DNA of 33,344 bases from Octopus bimaculoides (Eukaryota), in NCBI RefSeq assembly GCF_001194135.2, contig NC_068989.1, forward strand, positions 21,963,156 through 21,996,499. The letters are read 5' to 3'. Within the stretch, counting starts at the first letter, position 1, and each line of letters starts with the position of its first letter. Under the pieces are notes generated by a model. It was not told where the DNA came from. It worked only from the letters and a program-made list of their open reading frames with translations, and did no database searches. This document shows positions 10,898 through 22,059 of this stretch, piece by piece. A program made the translations under genes and the position numbers.

Positions 10898-11260
10898 NNN
10901 NNNNNNNNNNNNNNNNNNNNNNNNNNNNNNNNNNNNNNNNNNNNNNNNNNNNNNNNNNNNNNNNNNNNNNNNNNNNNNNNNNNNNNNNNNNNNNNNNNNN
11001 NNNNNNNNNNNNNNNNNNNNNNNNNNNNNNNNNNNNNNNNNNNNNNNNNNNNNNNNNNNNNNNNNNNNNNNNNNNNNNNNNNNNNNNNNNNNNNNNNNNN
11101 NNNNNNNNNNNNNNNNNNNNNNNNNNNNNNNNNNNNNNNNNNNNNNNNNNNNNNNNNNNNNNNNNNNNNNNNNNNNNNNNNNNNNNNNNNNNNNNNNNNN
11201 NNNNNNNNNNNNNNNNNNNNNNNNNNNNNNNNNNNNNNNNNNNNNNNNNNNNNNNNNNNT

Positions 11261-12317
11261 AATCCTTACCTTCAGTTCATCTTTGGCGTTACAAGGAGTT
11301 TTGTTGGTCTCTTACTCAACTGCACCCTTCATTTAATAATCTAGGGGGTTGGAGTCTGGGGAGCTAGATGGCCAGATGTTAGGAGTGATGTGATCACAGA
11401 AATTGTCTGACAGCTATGACTCTGTTCTCCTGCTTGTGTGGCATGGTGCAAAGTCCTGTTGCCAGATATAGGGGGTTCCAGCAGCCACCTTCTTGACCCA
11501 GGGCAGCTCTACCACCTCCAGGCACTTGATGTAGGCCTCCGTATTGAGTCTGAGGCCGTGTGGGAAGATGAACGGAGGCATAACGTCGCCATCACTAGTG
11601 ATCATTCCAAACACCATGATGATGCTTGATTTTTATCATTCTCGGTAGATGTTTTGGGGTCACGGCAAGCCAACGGTTGTTCTGCGTGTTCACCGTCTGA
11701 TCCTGGCAGAACTTTCTCGTCTGAGAAATACCAAAGCATGTTCGGCTGGAGGGAATGCTTGAGTTTGTTCAAAAGCTTCGTAGCGCGGTCTTACCTCCTG
11801 TCCTTGATGGTTTGGGATGAAAATTGGTCCTTTCTCATTTTGTATGAGGAATACCCAAAGTCTTCATGCACTACCTACCTGATAAGTAACTCAGACACTC
11901 CCATGTCCCTGGCGATGGATCTGATTGACTTGGAGAGATCGTTGTTAATCATGGCCTGGATCTCACCTACAAATTCCGTTCTTTTCTTATCAGAACGATC
12001 AGAGTGAGTTTTCCGTGCTGCCGTACCTTCGTAATCACCATTAGACTCATCCAACTCTTTCTGAATCTTCTGCATTGTCCTCAGATTGACACCCAAACAC
12101 TTTGAAATGTTCGTATTGGAGCTTCCGGCGCGAATGCCAAACAATACAGCATGTCATTTCCAAATTTTTCTGGCGGAGTGAATTGCGTCATGGTGCTATT
12201 TTTCTCACAGACGGGTGCCCAACTGACCCTACTATACTGTGTAGTCGAAAAAACAAACAAACAAACGATATGCATGCGTGAAATTAAAAATCTAAAATGG
12301 CGACAATTTACCCTGTA
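11261..12317 (-). mobile_element. DD37D (maT/Bmmar1-type) Tc1/mariner transposon, decayed
   Basis: ATG at 12191. Translation gives ..GIRAGSSNTNISKCLGV..SIRSIARDMGVSE.., WYFSDEK (D1), MVFGMITSDG, and YIWQQD-(37 aa)-NPLDY (D2 to D3 spacing counted as 37). Premature stops and frameshifts. TIR-like AAAATGGCGACAATTTACCCTG then (TA)n at ~12294-12340. The other end lies in the gap. Confidence 0.92.
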
Positions 12318-13499
12318 TATATATATATATATATATATATNNNNNNNNNNNNNNNNNNNNNNNNNNNNNNNNNNNNNNNNNNNNNNNNNNNNNNNNNNNN
12401 NNNNNNNNNNNNNNNNNNNNNNNNNNNNNNNNNNNNNNNNNNNNNNNNNNNNNNNNNNNNNNNNNNNNNNNNNNNNNNNNNNNNNNNNNNNNNNNNNNNN
12501 NNNNNNNNNNNNNNNNNNNNNNNNNNNNNNNNNNNNNNNNNNNNNNNNNNNNNNNNNNNNNNNNNNNNNNNNNNNNNNNNNNNNNNNNNNNNNNNNNNNN
12601 NNNNNNNNNNNNNNNNNNNNNNNNNNNNNNNNNNNNNNNNNNNNNNNNNNNNNNNNNNNNNNNNNNNNNNNNNNNNNNNNNNNNNNNNNNTATTTAGCGA
12701 AAAATACAGAACACGCCTAAATATGAACGCATAACCAACTTTGGTCTCAGTGCATATTTTAATTCATGATCACATACCCATCACTGGGCATATTTCAACT
12801 CAGTACTTTAGCTTTTGAGTTTTTGTATATTTATTTATTCCCCCACCCCACCCCAAAAATGAGCAATTACGTCCCCTGTCCCGAATAATAACAATCACCA
12901 ATTATCTCCCCTTAGATTTTTCTATTTCTTGATTCATTCACAAACTTCCATACAAGAACATGGACTAAAATCTTCTTAAGAAAACACGAAATTACAATAA
13001 TTTCAACGTCATGATTAGCGAAAGTGAAACCGGTTGACAAACTCATTACTCTTTCAATTATAAAATATATTAAAAAAATATGTTAAAACTATGTAAACTG
13101 TGTGCATTTTCTTTAATTTTATATATATTTTTTGCGTTACAACTAATCATGTGGGGATAATCGAAATTCTCCTCCTCCCTTTTCTTACTATATATACGTG
13201 TGTGTGGGTGCGTGTGTATATTATTCTTAAAGAAGAATGTTTTTGACAGTGACTTCGAAGTTTCGGACAGTTAAGCTGTAGTCGGACTGCGATGCATTTA
13301 AGTTAGTCTTGCCTTTATATAGTCTCTGTTGAGCTAAAATTTTCAATGCATATGTGGATTTGGATGGGGTGGCAATTTCAGATTTTTGGATGAGTTATTA
13401 AGGAGAGGTGTTTTAGAGAAATTTTTTTTATTAAATATGTTATTGCTTAGAATTTAATCATGTATCTAGAACTTTGTAAACGAGTGGGTAAGTGTTTCT

Positions 13500-13763
13500 C
13501 ATTTCGCGGAGTAGATGGAACAGGGACAACTGATGAAGGGAAATATTCTTTATGCTGCATGTCTCGTCTCTCTGTCTTTTTCGTTGTTCGAAAAAAAGTT
13601 CGTTTTCTGTCTTCGTTTTTATGTTTTCGTTTCTCATTGTGTTTAACGTTTTTTTGTTATGTCCTGTACCCATATATGCATGTATGTATACATATAGATG
13701 TAGGTATGTACATATATGTATGGATATATGCATATATTTATATATTATTTATATTATATTATA
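13500..13763 (+). mobile_element. Second copy of the pLTR-like family seen at 4690-4900
   Basis: CTGATGAAGGGAAATATTC (13530 onward) and GTCCTGTACCC..ATAGATGTAGGTATGTACATATATGT match the reverse complement of 4690-4860. Confidence 0.65.
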
Positions 13764-15193
13764 NNNNNNNNNNNNNNNNNNNNNNNNNNNNNNNNNNNNN
13801 NNNNNNNNNNNNNNNNNNNNNNNNNNNNNNNNNNNNNNNNNNNNNNNNNNNNNNNNNNNNNNNNNNNNNNNNNNNNNNNNNNNNNNNNNNNNNNNNNNNN
13901 NNNNNNNNNNNNNNNNNNNNNNNNNNNNNNNNNNNNNNNNNNNNNNNNNNNNNNNNNNNNNNNNNNNNNNNNNNNNNNNNNNNNNNNNNNNNNNNNNNNN
14001 NNNNNNNNNNNNNNNNNNNNNNNNNNNNNNNNNNNNNNNNNNNNNNNNNNNNNNNNNNNNNNNNNNNNNNNNNNNNNNNNNNNNNNNNNNNNNNNNNNNN
14101 NNNNNNNNNNNNNNNNNNNNNNNNNNNNNNNNNNNNNNNNNNNNNNNNNNNNNNNNNNNNNNNNNNNNNNNNNNNNNNNNNNNNNNNNNNNNNNNNNNNN
14201 NNNNNNNNNNNNNNNNNNNNNNNNNNNNNNNNNNNNNNNNNNNNNNNNNNNNNNNNNNNNNNNNNNNNNNNNNNNNNNNNNNNNNNNNNNNNNNNNNNNN
14301 NNNNNNNNNNNNNNNNNNNNNNNNNNNNNNNNNNNNNNNNNNNNNNNNNNNNNNNNNNNNNNNNNNNNNNNNNNNNNNNNNNNNNNNNNNNNNNNNNNNN
14401 NNNNNNNNNNNNNNNNNNNNNNNNNNNNNNNNNNNNNNNNNNNNNNNNNNNNNNNNNNNNNNNNNNNNNNNNNNNNNNNNNNNNNNNNNNNNNNNNNNNN
14501 NNNNNNNNNNNNNNNNNNNNNNNNNNNNNNNNNNNNNNNNNNNNNNNNNNNNNNNNNNNNNNNNNNNNNNNNNNNNNNNNNNNNNNNNNNNNNNNNNNNN
14601 NNNNNNNNNNNNNNNNNNNNNNNNNNNNNNNNNNNNNNNNNNNNNNNATTTGTAGCAGACGCTCTCTCGACATCGTTCACACGCGCCTGACTCACGCTCA
14701 GAAGTTACAGCCCGAGTTGTTATCTATAATCGTAAAAATGAAAAGAAATTCAAATTCAATGTTATCTTGAAACAACAAATTTCTATAGAGATTAGGATTT
14801 AAATTCCAATCTATGAAAAGTTTCCGTTCTACAATATTCTTAAAAGAACGAAAAAATATTCAGCAACTCGGGCTAATAAGAACGAGCCTGGTAGGTGTAA
14901 AAGACTAACTAGCATCTCTTGTAAAGTGTACAGGCGACAGTCAGATCAATGATTGTTTGTTGTGCACTCCGCTGTCGTTATTCGATTGCTGTTATTCTGT
15001 GCGTCTGTGTGTAAAGGTCAGTTGTGTTTTGCTGGGTTACTTTATTTTTACCCTTAACTTAGAAATGGAGAAAAACATAGTGCTCGATATAAAAAAATAA
15101 GCCATTTGGAGTTAGAAATAAAGCGAAAAAACGTGAAATTCTTCGAGCTGCATGGGACTTATGCAAAATCTGTGATGAGCCCGAGTGACGCTG

Positions 15194-15196
<3 letters not shown>

Positions 15197-15258
<62 letters not shown>
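15197..15258. repeat. (GT)n microsatellite
   Basis: Directly visible. Confidence 0.95.
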
Positions 15259-15259
<1 letters not shown>

Positions 15260-15881
15260 AAGAGCTATGACCCCCTAGCATATAGCATACACCATGCTTT
15301 CACTAATTGTTTTAGATACTATCTTGTGCCATGCTATATGTCCAACTGACTCTGCTTGAGAATTACTTTGATGGTGCAAGCGTCCGTGAAATATCCAGCA
15401 ACGTACACACTAACTTAATGACCCGACAGTTCGGATAATTGAACAACTCCACTTTCATCAACCGACGGAGAACCAATGCATTTCACGGTTCTAATCCGCC
15501 AGGGACTAAGATGATATTACTAGATGTCAAAATGTCATTTACAAATGCATAATCGTTTAATGTTGTTTATATTAAAAGTTTTTGAGATAATAGAACAAAT
15601 ACTGAATCAGGGTATGTTGATCATTATGAGATGGTAAAACATATGGTTTCTTATATCTAAATGGCTGTATATTGCGTTTAGAAAATACTGCTAACCAATT
15701 GGATTGCAGAATAGACAATAGAGCTAGATAACGGTGGTTTGTTTTATGCAATCATTGATGCTGCGGCAGAGCTGCAGATCTTTCTAGTGATAAAATGACT
15801 AAGTATACATGCATACAAACATACATACATACGCTGGCTAAAGCCTAATGATGCCTGTTGGTGTCGCACCGAGCTGTGCCA

Positions 15882-15884
<3 letters not shown>

Positions 15885-15948
<64 letters not shown>

Positions 15949-16175
15949 CCTTGAATGGAATTTATAGATATTTAATGCATTGCTATTGTCCAAGGATTGG
16001 ATGGATCATGTTCATGCGTTCATTTCATCAGGCGATACACCATTACCCAATGTCCAAGGATACTACGGGCTGCACTGTAATCATCCCAGAAATACGGACT
16101 ATGATCTTAAGAAACATGTGATTTGTGGAAACGCGCGTAGTGATGCATTAAAATAACTACAAATTCCATCGAAGG

Positions 16176-16232
<57 letters not shown>
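15885..16232. mobile_element. Small foldback element with ~35-bp imperfect TIRs extended by inverted (AAT)n/(ATT)n tracts
   Basis: Left ATCCTTGAATGGAATTTATAGATATTTAATGCAT (~15947-15980) and right ATGCATTAAAATAACTACAAATTCCATCGAAGGAT (16143-16177) are inverted repeats. (AAT)n lies outside the left TIR and (ATT)n outside the right. Confidence 0.7.
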
Positions 16233-16234
<2 letters not shown>

Positions 16235-16314
16235 ATACATACATACATACATACATAGACACACATATGTATGTATGTATGTATGTATGTACGTACGTAC
16301 GTATGTATGTATGT

Positions 16315-16800
16315 CATTATTCAGTTTATTTCAAGATTTCTTGCCAATAGAGAAAGAAACGGTTTCTAACCTCCTTCATTGGAATTTCAATATCAACAAC
16401 AGGTTATTGTTGTTTGTATTTTTGTATGTATGTATGCATGTATGTATGCATGTATGTATGCATGTATGTATATATGTATGACTTTTTCTTTGGGTTTGAT
16501 TTCCTTCTTGAGAGAGTTCAAGCCGGTTGCTAAGAGAGTGACAAGATTTTTTGAGTTAAAAGAATTTCCGGTGTTTGTAAATATGTGGCTGAGTTAGTCT
16601 GTTTGTTTGTTGGTTGGAAATATACACCCAAGTGTGTGTATCTATTCACATAAGAATCTCAGGTGAAGCGTTTTTGGAATGCCTTACAAGTCTTCATTTC
16701 TTTTGCTCTTTTTCTGTGAAACCGAGCATTTCTAAATTTTTGTACAAATTTGTTGGTACGTAACCTAATGCATCTATCATGATAGATACAAATAAGAGTT
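16315..16800 (-). pseudogene. Penelope-like element GIY-YIG endonuclease C-terminus and 3' end remnant
   Basis: Minus-strand translation with frameshifts: ..DSYVNRYTHLGVYF (YVG-R-T-x-HLxxR-like), SHIFTNTGNSFN, LNSLKKEIKP. AATAAA near 16325. Interrupted by (GTAT)n. Confidence 0.55.
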
Positions 16801-16934
16801 CTTAGTCTAAGTATGTATGTATGCATGCATGCAGGCATGTATGAATACATGTATATGTGCATGTATGTATGTTAGTATGTGTGTGTATCTGACATATATT
16901 TACATGCGCTCACACACGCATATATGGTAATTTT

Positions 16935-17850
16935 GGCATCCCTTAGTGTCGCGAGATCGTGGATCTACATCTAGAAAATGTTGCTCCGGTCTTGTTTGTT
17001 GAATAGCCTCTGCTGCGACTAAAGTCACAGCACAGTGACCGCATTTGAAAGCACTTTCTGTCAGTATTTTTCTAGTGCTGCTTATTTATAGAATCTTTTT
17101 TTTCTTTAACAACATTCCTGAACTTCTCTACTCTTCTCTTCATTTTTTTAAAACTCCCGCCTAGTTTGTGCTTTCACTTTTCGACGTTGATTTTCAGTGG
17201 ACTTCTTTAAAATGAAGTTGGAGTTACAGTTATGTTCCACAGCCGAAGTCCATCTCCCCGGACGAGAGAACATTTGAGATCCATCCTTGAGAGACGAAGG
17301 GCACGTGGAAAAGACACGATAAGGAGGTCGAGTATTTGGGCACAAATGAGGAAGGGTATCTGAGAGCAAATGAAAAGGCTAGCTTTCTGTGCTTAAGTCA
17401 CAACTTTATTGATGGTGGCTCGGTTACACCACTCGACGTCTAGAAAGTGTCACAGGTTGCGAAATAAGAAGACATTGAAAGTCGCTCTTATCTGATGAAG
17501 AGGTCCCTTGTCTTGCTGTCGTGAAACATTGAGCTGATGGTGCAGGCTATGTGGACTGCAATCTTGACGCTTGTCCTTAGCTTGCTATTCTTACAGACTT
17601 TTTTTTTGCCAGCTTAACAGTTGCTGCAAATGATCTTCTGATCTATCTTTTCATCTGAGACTTTAGGAAGAGGATATCTGTGAACGTAAGCTTAAGGACT
17701 TTCTCCAGTCCGCAGTTGTTGGTGATAGTATCAGATGGCTGCTCACTGTCTTGGCCCAACATTTTGGTTTTCTGCTGGCCGATTGTCTAACTGGCTCTTG
17801 AGTACCTATAACATGTTGCAGTAGCTCTTCAATGTGCATTACCTATGTCA
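16935..17850 (-). pseudogene. RTE-clade (BovB-like) LINE 3' remnant
   Basis: Frameshifted minus-strand translation: LGQDSEQPSDTITNNCGLEKV, KNSKLRTSVKIAVHIAC, NVFLFRNL*HFLDVEWCNR, GEMDFG..LQLHFKEV, and a C-terminal SAFKCGHC. 3' end GATCTCGCGACACTAAGGGATGCC. Confidence 0.75.
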
Positions 17851-18156
17851 CTTAGCTTACAAACATGTCCCTTTTGAGTACGTCACATATTTTGCGTTTC
17901 CGTCTCAGCCGGAATTGACTGAAGAGTCTTTCATACGGTCTAATGTGGAATAAACACCATTAATTGATACCTCAAAGATGTGCTCCAGTATGACGTCGAG
18001 AAAAATGCCGAACAAAGTGTAGGAAAGTACACAGCTCGTTTCACAACACAGCTGTAGATGTTGAAGGCCCCTGAAGAAGAGTGTAATACATGCGCGCGTG
18101 TGTGTATATTTACATACATATGTGTGTGGATATATATATATATATATATATATATA

Positions 18157-18337
18157 GGCGCAGGAATGGCTGTGTGGTAAGTAACTCGCTTACCAACCAC
18201 ATGGTTCCGAGTTCAGTACCACTGTGTGACATCTTGGGCAAGTGTCTTCTACTATAGCCTCGGGCCGACCAAAGCCTTGTGAGTGGATTTGGTAGACGGA
18301 AACTGAAAGAAGCCCGTGGTGTATATATATATATATG

Positions 18338-18380
<43 letters not shown>
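18157..18380 (+). mobile_element. SINE family 3 (head and body plus (TA)n(GT)n; tail absent)
   Basis: GGCGCAGGAATGGCTGTGTGGTAAG..GGTTCCGAGTTCAGTACC..GGCCGACCAAAGCCTTGTGAGTGGATTTGGTAGACGGAAACTGAAAGAAGCCCG, matching the minus-strand copies at 27890-28055 and 5745-5863. Confidence 0.9.
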
Positions 18381-18384
<4 letters not shown>

Positions 18385-18619
18385 AATATAACTAAAGTTA
18401 GATATGGCCGGCTTATAGTATTACCCTGAATTTCAAGTCCATAAAGCGTATCATCAGATCCCAAAACCTACTGGCTTAAGGCCTCACTAGCAAATGGCCT
18501 CTTTAGAATATACAGGAGGAAAGGACCTCGTTACTCAATGTCAACAACAGAGGATTGTCTCCCTTTGGCTATCGATCGTCAGTGAGACTGTTATCATGTA
18601 GGTTCCAATAGTCCAGTAG

Positions 18620-19165
18620 GAATTTCCTGAAATGAAAGCACGGTCCGAAGACCTCCGTTCTGGAGTTAAGGATGTTCCCCGGGCTCGAGGGAATCTTTTA
18701 GAATCCTCGTCCTTCCGCTATGCATAGTTTACTGCACTTGGTCCCGTTTATGTAGGGGCCTGAACGACATAAGGCGAACCACCAACCTTTTCTATGGCAT
18801 AGCACCAACGAGGTGATTGCATGGTTTAATACCAACAAGGGGGGAGGCAGAGCAAGGTTCACTTAGTTTGACATAGGCAATTTTTAGCCGTCTATACCAA
18901 AGGGATATTGATCAAGGCACTTTCCTTTGCTAGGGGCTTCACTGACGTTAGCGACAGGGATATAGATGTCATTATGCACGCCAGAAAAACAATGCTGTTC
19001 AATAAAGGTTCCACTTGCGTCAAGCAATCCAACTCCACAGACTCCCTATATGGCAGCTGAAAGACGACGGGATTCCATACACAATATCAAGGAGACTCCT
19101 AGAAAATCCAGGCCCCTCGTTAAGGACGTGAAACACAGAGTAATCCCATAAACCAGCCTTATCTA
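18620..19165 (+). pseudogene. Penelope-like element RT N-terminal part fused by deletion to a GIY-YIG C-terminal part
   Basis: Frameshifted translation: ..IRRTTNL/LWHSTNEVIAWF..RARFT*FDIGNF*PSI/LIKALSFARGFTDVSDRDIDVIMHARKTMLFNKGSTCVKQ, then IWQLKDDGIPYTISRRLLE. FDIxxFYPSI is the PLE RT motif. Confidence 0.85.
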
Positions 19166-19167
19166 AC

Positions 19168-19207
<40 letters not shown>

Positions 19208-20109
19208 NNNNNNNNNNNNNNNNNNNNNNNNNNNNNNNNNNNNNNNNNNNNNNNNNNNNNNNNNNNNNNNNNNNNNNNNNNNNNNNNNNNNNNNNNNNNN
19301 NNNNNNNNNNNNNNNNNNNNNNNNNNNNNNNNNNNNNNNNNNNNNNNNNNNNNNNNNNNNNNNNNNNNNNNNNNNNNNNNNNNNNNNNNNNNNNNNNNNN
19401 NNNNNNNNNNNNNNNNNNNNNNNNNNNNNNNNNNNNNNNNNNNNNNNNNNNNNNNNNNNNNNNNNNNNNNNNNNATATATATGGATGTATACACACACAT
19501 ATATATATTCTTTTGCTTTACGTTTTGTTTATTGTCGCTAGTAAATATTGTCTATGTGGCAACAAACATCGTGGTAATTGAATACGGTCACGTGTTTCTG
19601 GATTGTACTGGAATCGATCGTATCTATTATCAAGTAAAACGTGACGGAGGAGTCAAATTCCTAAATGCAGAGTTAGACCGCTGTCATAATCATTATACCC
19701 AGTGGTATTAGACAAATATTCCCTGTTGGATAAATCGTGTGACATTATTGATTTTAACTAATGGATTGAAGGTGTCGAAATTATGTCAACCTACGCATGT
19801 ATGTGTTTCGTTGTTTGTATGTGTATGTATATAAGACAGATCGATAGATAGAAGTTGATGGAAAGGAGAGGAAAAAGAGAGAGAGAGAGAGAAGTATGGA
19901 TGCAAGAGGGCTACGTCATGAAATTAGATTCATATAGAGTGTTTATGTATGGTTTTTGTGTGGTGTAATTGTATGCGATGGGATTAGGGCGTTGGCTTTT
20001 TTATTGAGCAAATACAGAGAGGTTGCTTAATATTAAGGTGTTTCACAGAGCTGGTAGATAGAGTTTGGTGGGACGTTACTGATATTCATGTACTATAGAA
20101 TATTTTTTA

Positions 20110-20250
20110 AAGAACAGTGAGAAAGAGAGAGAGAGAGAGAGAGGTGGGAAATGAATGAAAGACAAGGATATAGGGACATTAAATAAGACTGAGAATAATG
20201 AGAAACACAAAGAGATAAAGACAGCAAAAAGTGAGAGAGTAAGAAGACAG

Positions 20251-20284
<34 letters not shown>

Positions 20285-20301
20285 GTATGTATGTAGGTAG
20301 G

Positions 20302-20350
<49 letters not shown>

Positions 20351-20424
20351 GGATGGATGGATGGATGGATGGATGGATGGATAGGTAGGTAGGTAGGTAA
20401 AAAATAGATGGAATGCGAGAGAGA

Positions 20425-20486
<62 letters not shown>
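20110..20486. repeat. Compound (AG)n/(AGAT)n/(GGAT)n/(AGGT)n microsatellite
   Basis: Directly visible. Confidence 0.92.
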
Positions 20487-20493
<7 letters not shown>

Positions 20494-21051
20494 GCGTATT
20501 AAACAGAGGAAATGGAGCGTGGTAATAGATAGCTTCAGTACTTAATGGAAGGCAAGTCAAAAGTTTCAATATAACTAAAACCACCAAAGAAACTAATTGT
20601 AGAAACCTTGTAAGGATGGATCACTCTTGGGAGCGTTCGTAATGAAGAGTCCTTGATGTGGTTGTTGCTGTTTAGTCATGCGTCAGCTTTGATCGAATAA
20701 AACGTTTGATGAAAAACATTCCAGCCGTAATTATGCCATCTTTCTGCTTACCACAGCCTGACTAAACAGTTCTATATATGCTTCTGTATTTACAATGGCA
20801 GAGCCGTAATTGAGAGAAGTTAGAGCTGTTCTTTGAAGCAGGTCTCTGTCGGTAGACGAGAAAATGTCTTTCGTGTGAGAAGAACAGCTGTTAACGCAAA
20901 AAGAAAAACAATCTATCGTAAGAGGTGTGTTTGAACTTTGCAAGCTACTATTTAAGCCAAAGGTGGATAACCTCAACTTAACTCTCTGTCGAACGTGAAG
21001 TCACCCGCTTTAGAAATCTTTAAAACCATTCATGAATATGACTTTTTGTGT

Positions 21052-21351
21052 TTAACCCATTACCTCCCATAATTCTATTAACTGGAATTTTTTTTTATGA
21101 AACTTTGATTTCTAGCATAAAACAGCCTTAGAAACACGCTGGAATGATCAAAATAACATTTCAAAATAATATTTTAAATAGAAATAAGCGAGATATTGGG
21201 TGAAAAATTGGCAAACCTCATTTGAATATCAGAGAAATATACCTAGTAGATATAGCAAAAAGGTTAGATGTGTGTAAATATTGACATATAATTACGAAAT
21301 TTGTAATTTTTAAGTGATCTCATATGAGATCACTGGTAAGTAATGGGTTAA
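21052..21351. mobile_element. piggyBac-type MITE
   Basis: TTAA at 21052-21055 and 21348-21351. TIRs CCCATTACCTCCCA / TGGTAAGTAATGGG (12/14). Perfect 22-bp subterminal palindrome AGTGATCTCATATGAGATCACT (21313-21334). Confidence 0.85.
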
Positions 21352-21619
21352 AGACCAAACCTTAATATAAGCGGCATGTCTATAAATTTGTAAAATTAAG
21401 GATTCATTATCATTCTCAACACATATTCATGCGACACTTAAAATTCACTTCTCCATACAAATATTGAAATACGCACTTATCAGTGCCTTAAGACACCTAC
21501 TTTGATTAGCTTTAGTCCTATTGGAAACAACAAATTTATTTTTTTAATTTTAATTCTTGAGTTTGGACATAAACTACACTGTAACAGTGTTATAACTCTA
21601 CAAAAACTAATCTGTAACA

Positions 21620-21862
21620 TACATAATACATACATACATACATACATACATGCATACATACATACATACATACACACACTCAAACTCACATACATACATA
21701 CATACATACATGCATACATACATACATACATACATGCATACATACATACATACATACATACATACATACATACGTAGGTAGGTAGATAGGAAGGTAGGTA
21801 GGTAAGTAGGTAGGTAGGAAAGGTAGGTAGGTAGGTAGGAAGGTAGGTAGGTAGGTAGGTAT
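21620..21862. repeat. (ACAT)n followed by (AGGT)n microsatellite
   Basis: Directly visible. Confidence 0.92.
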
Positions 21863-22059
21863 CTCTTCTCAAGGACTTCTACGACTGCCTTCACAAATGC
21901 GATTGCACATGCCATACTGTATATTTCTTTTATTTAGCCACTTCCGGCTCAACACAGAGGGGATATCACAAGGACAGACAAATTAACATACAATGCGATG
22001 ACAGTGTGATGATAAATATAATGAAATAGACTAAAAATTCCAACGAAATCGAGTAATTA

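Noticed and set aside
17488-17545. CTGATGA...GAAAC hammerhead-like words
   Set aside because: No stem II, no stem III or NUH triplet, and the site lies on the antisense strand of an RTE coding remnant.
7809-19500. Long ORFs of 100-436 aa containing X runs
   Set aside because: Open only because they span N gaps.
19481-19711. 76-aa ORF with a protein-like second half (VVIEYGHVFLDCTGIDRIYYQVKRDGG)
   Set aside because: No recognisable domain and no convincing splice sites; it starts in a microsatellite.
20660-20745. Short degenerate repeat shared with 28665-28790
   Set aside because: Probably an old SINE/LINE tail, too decayed to classify or bound.
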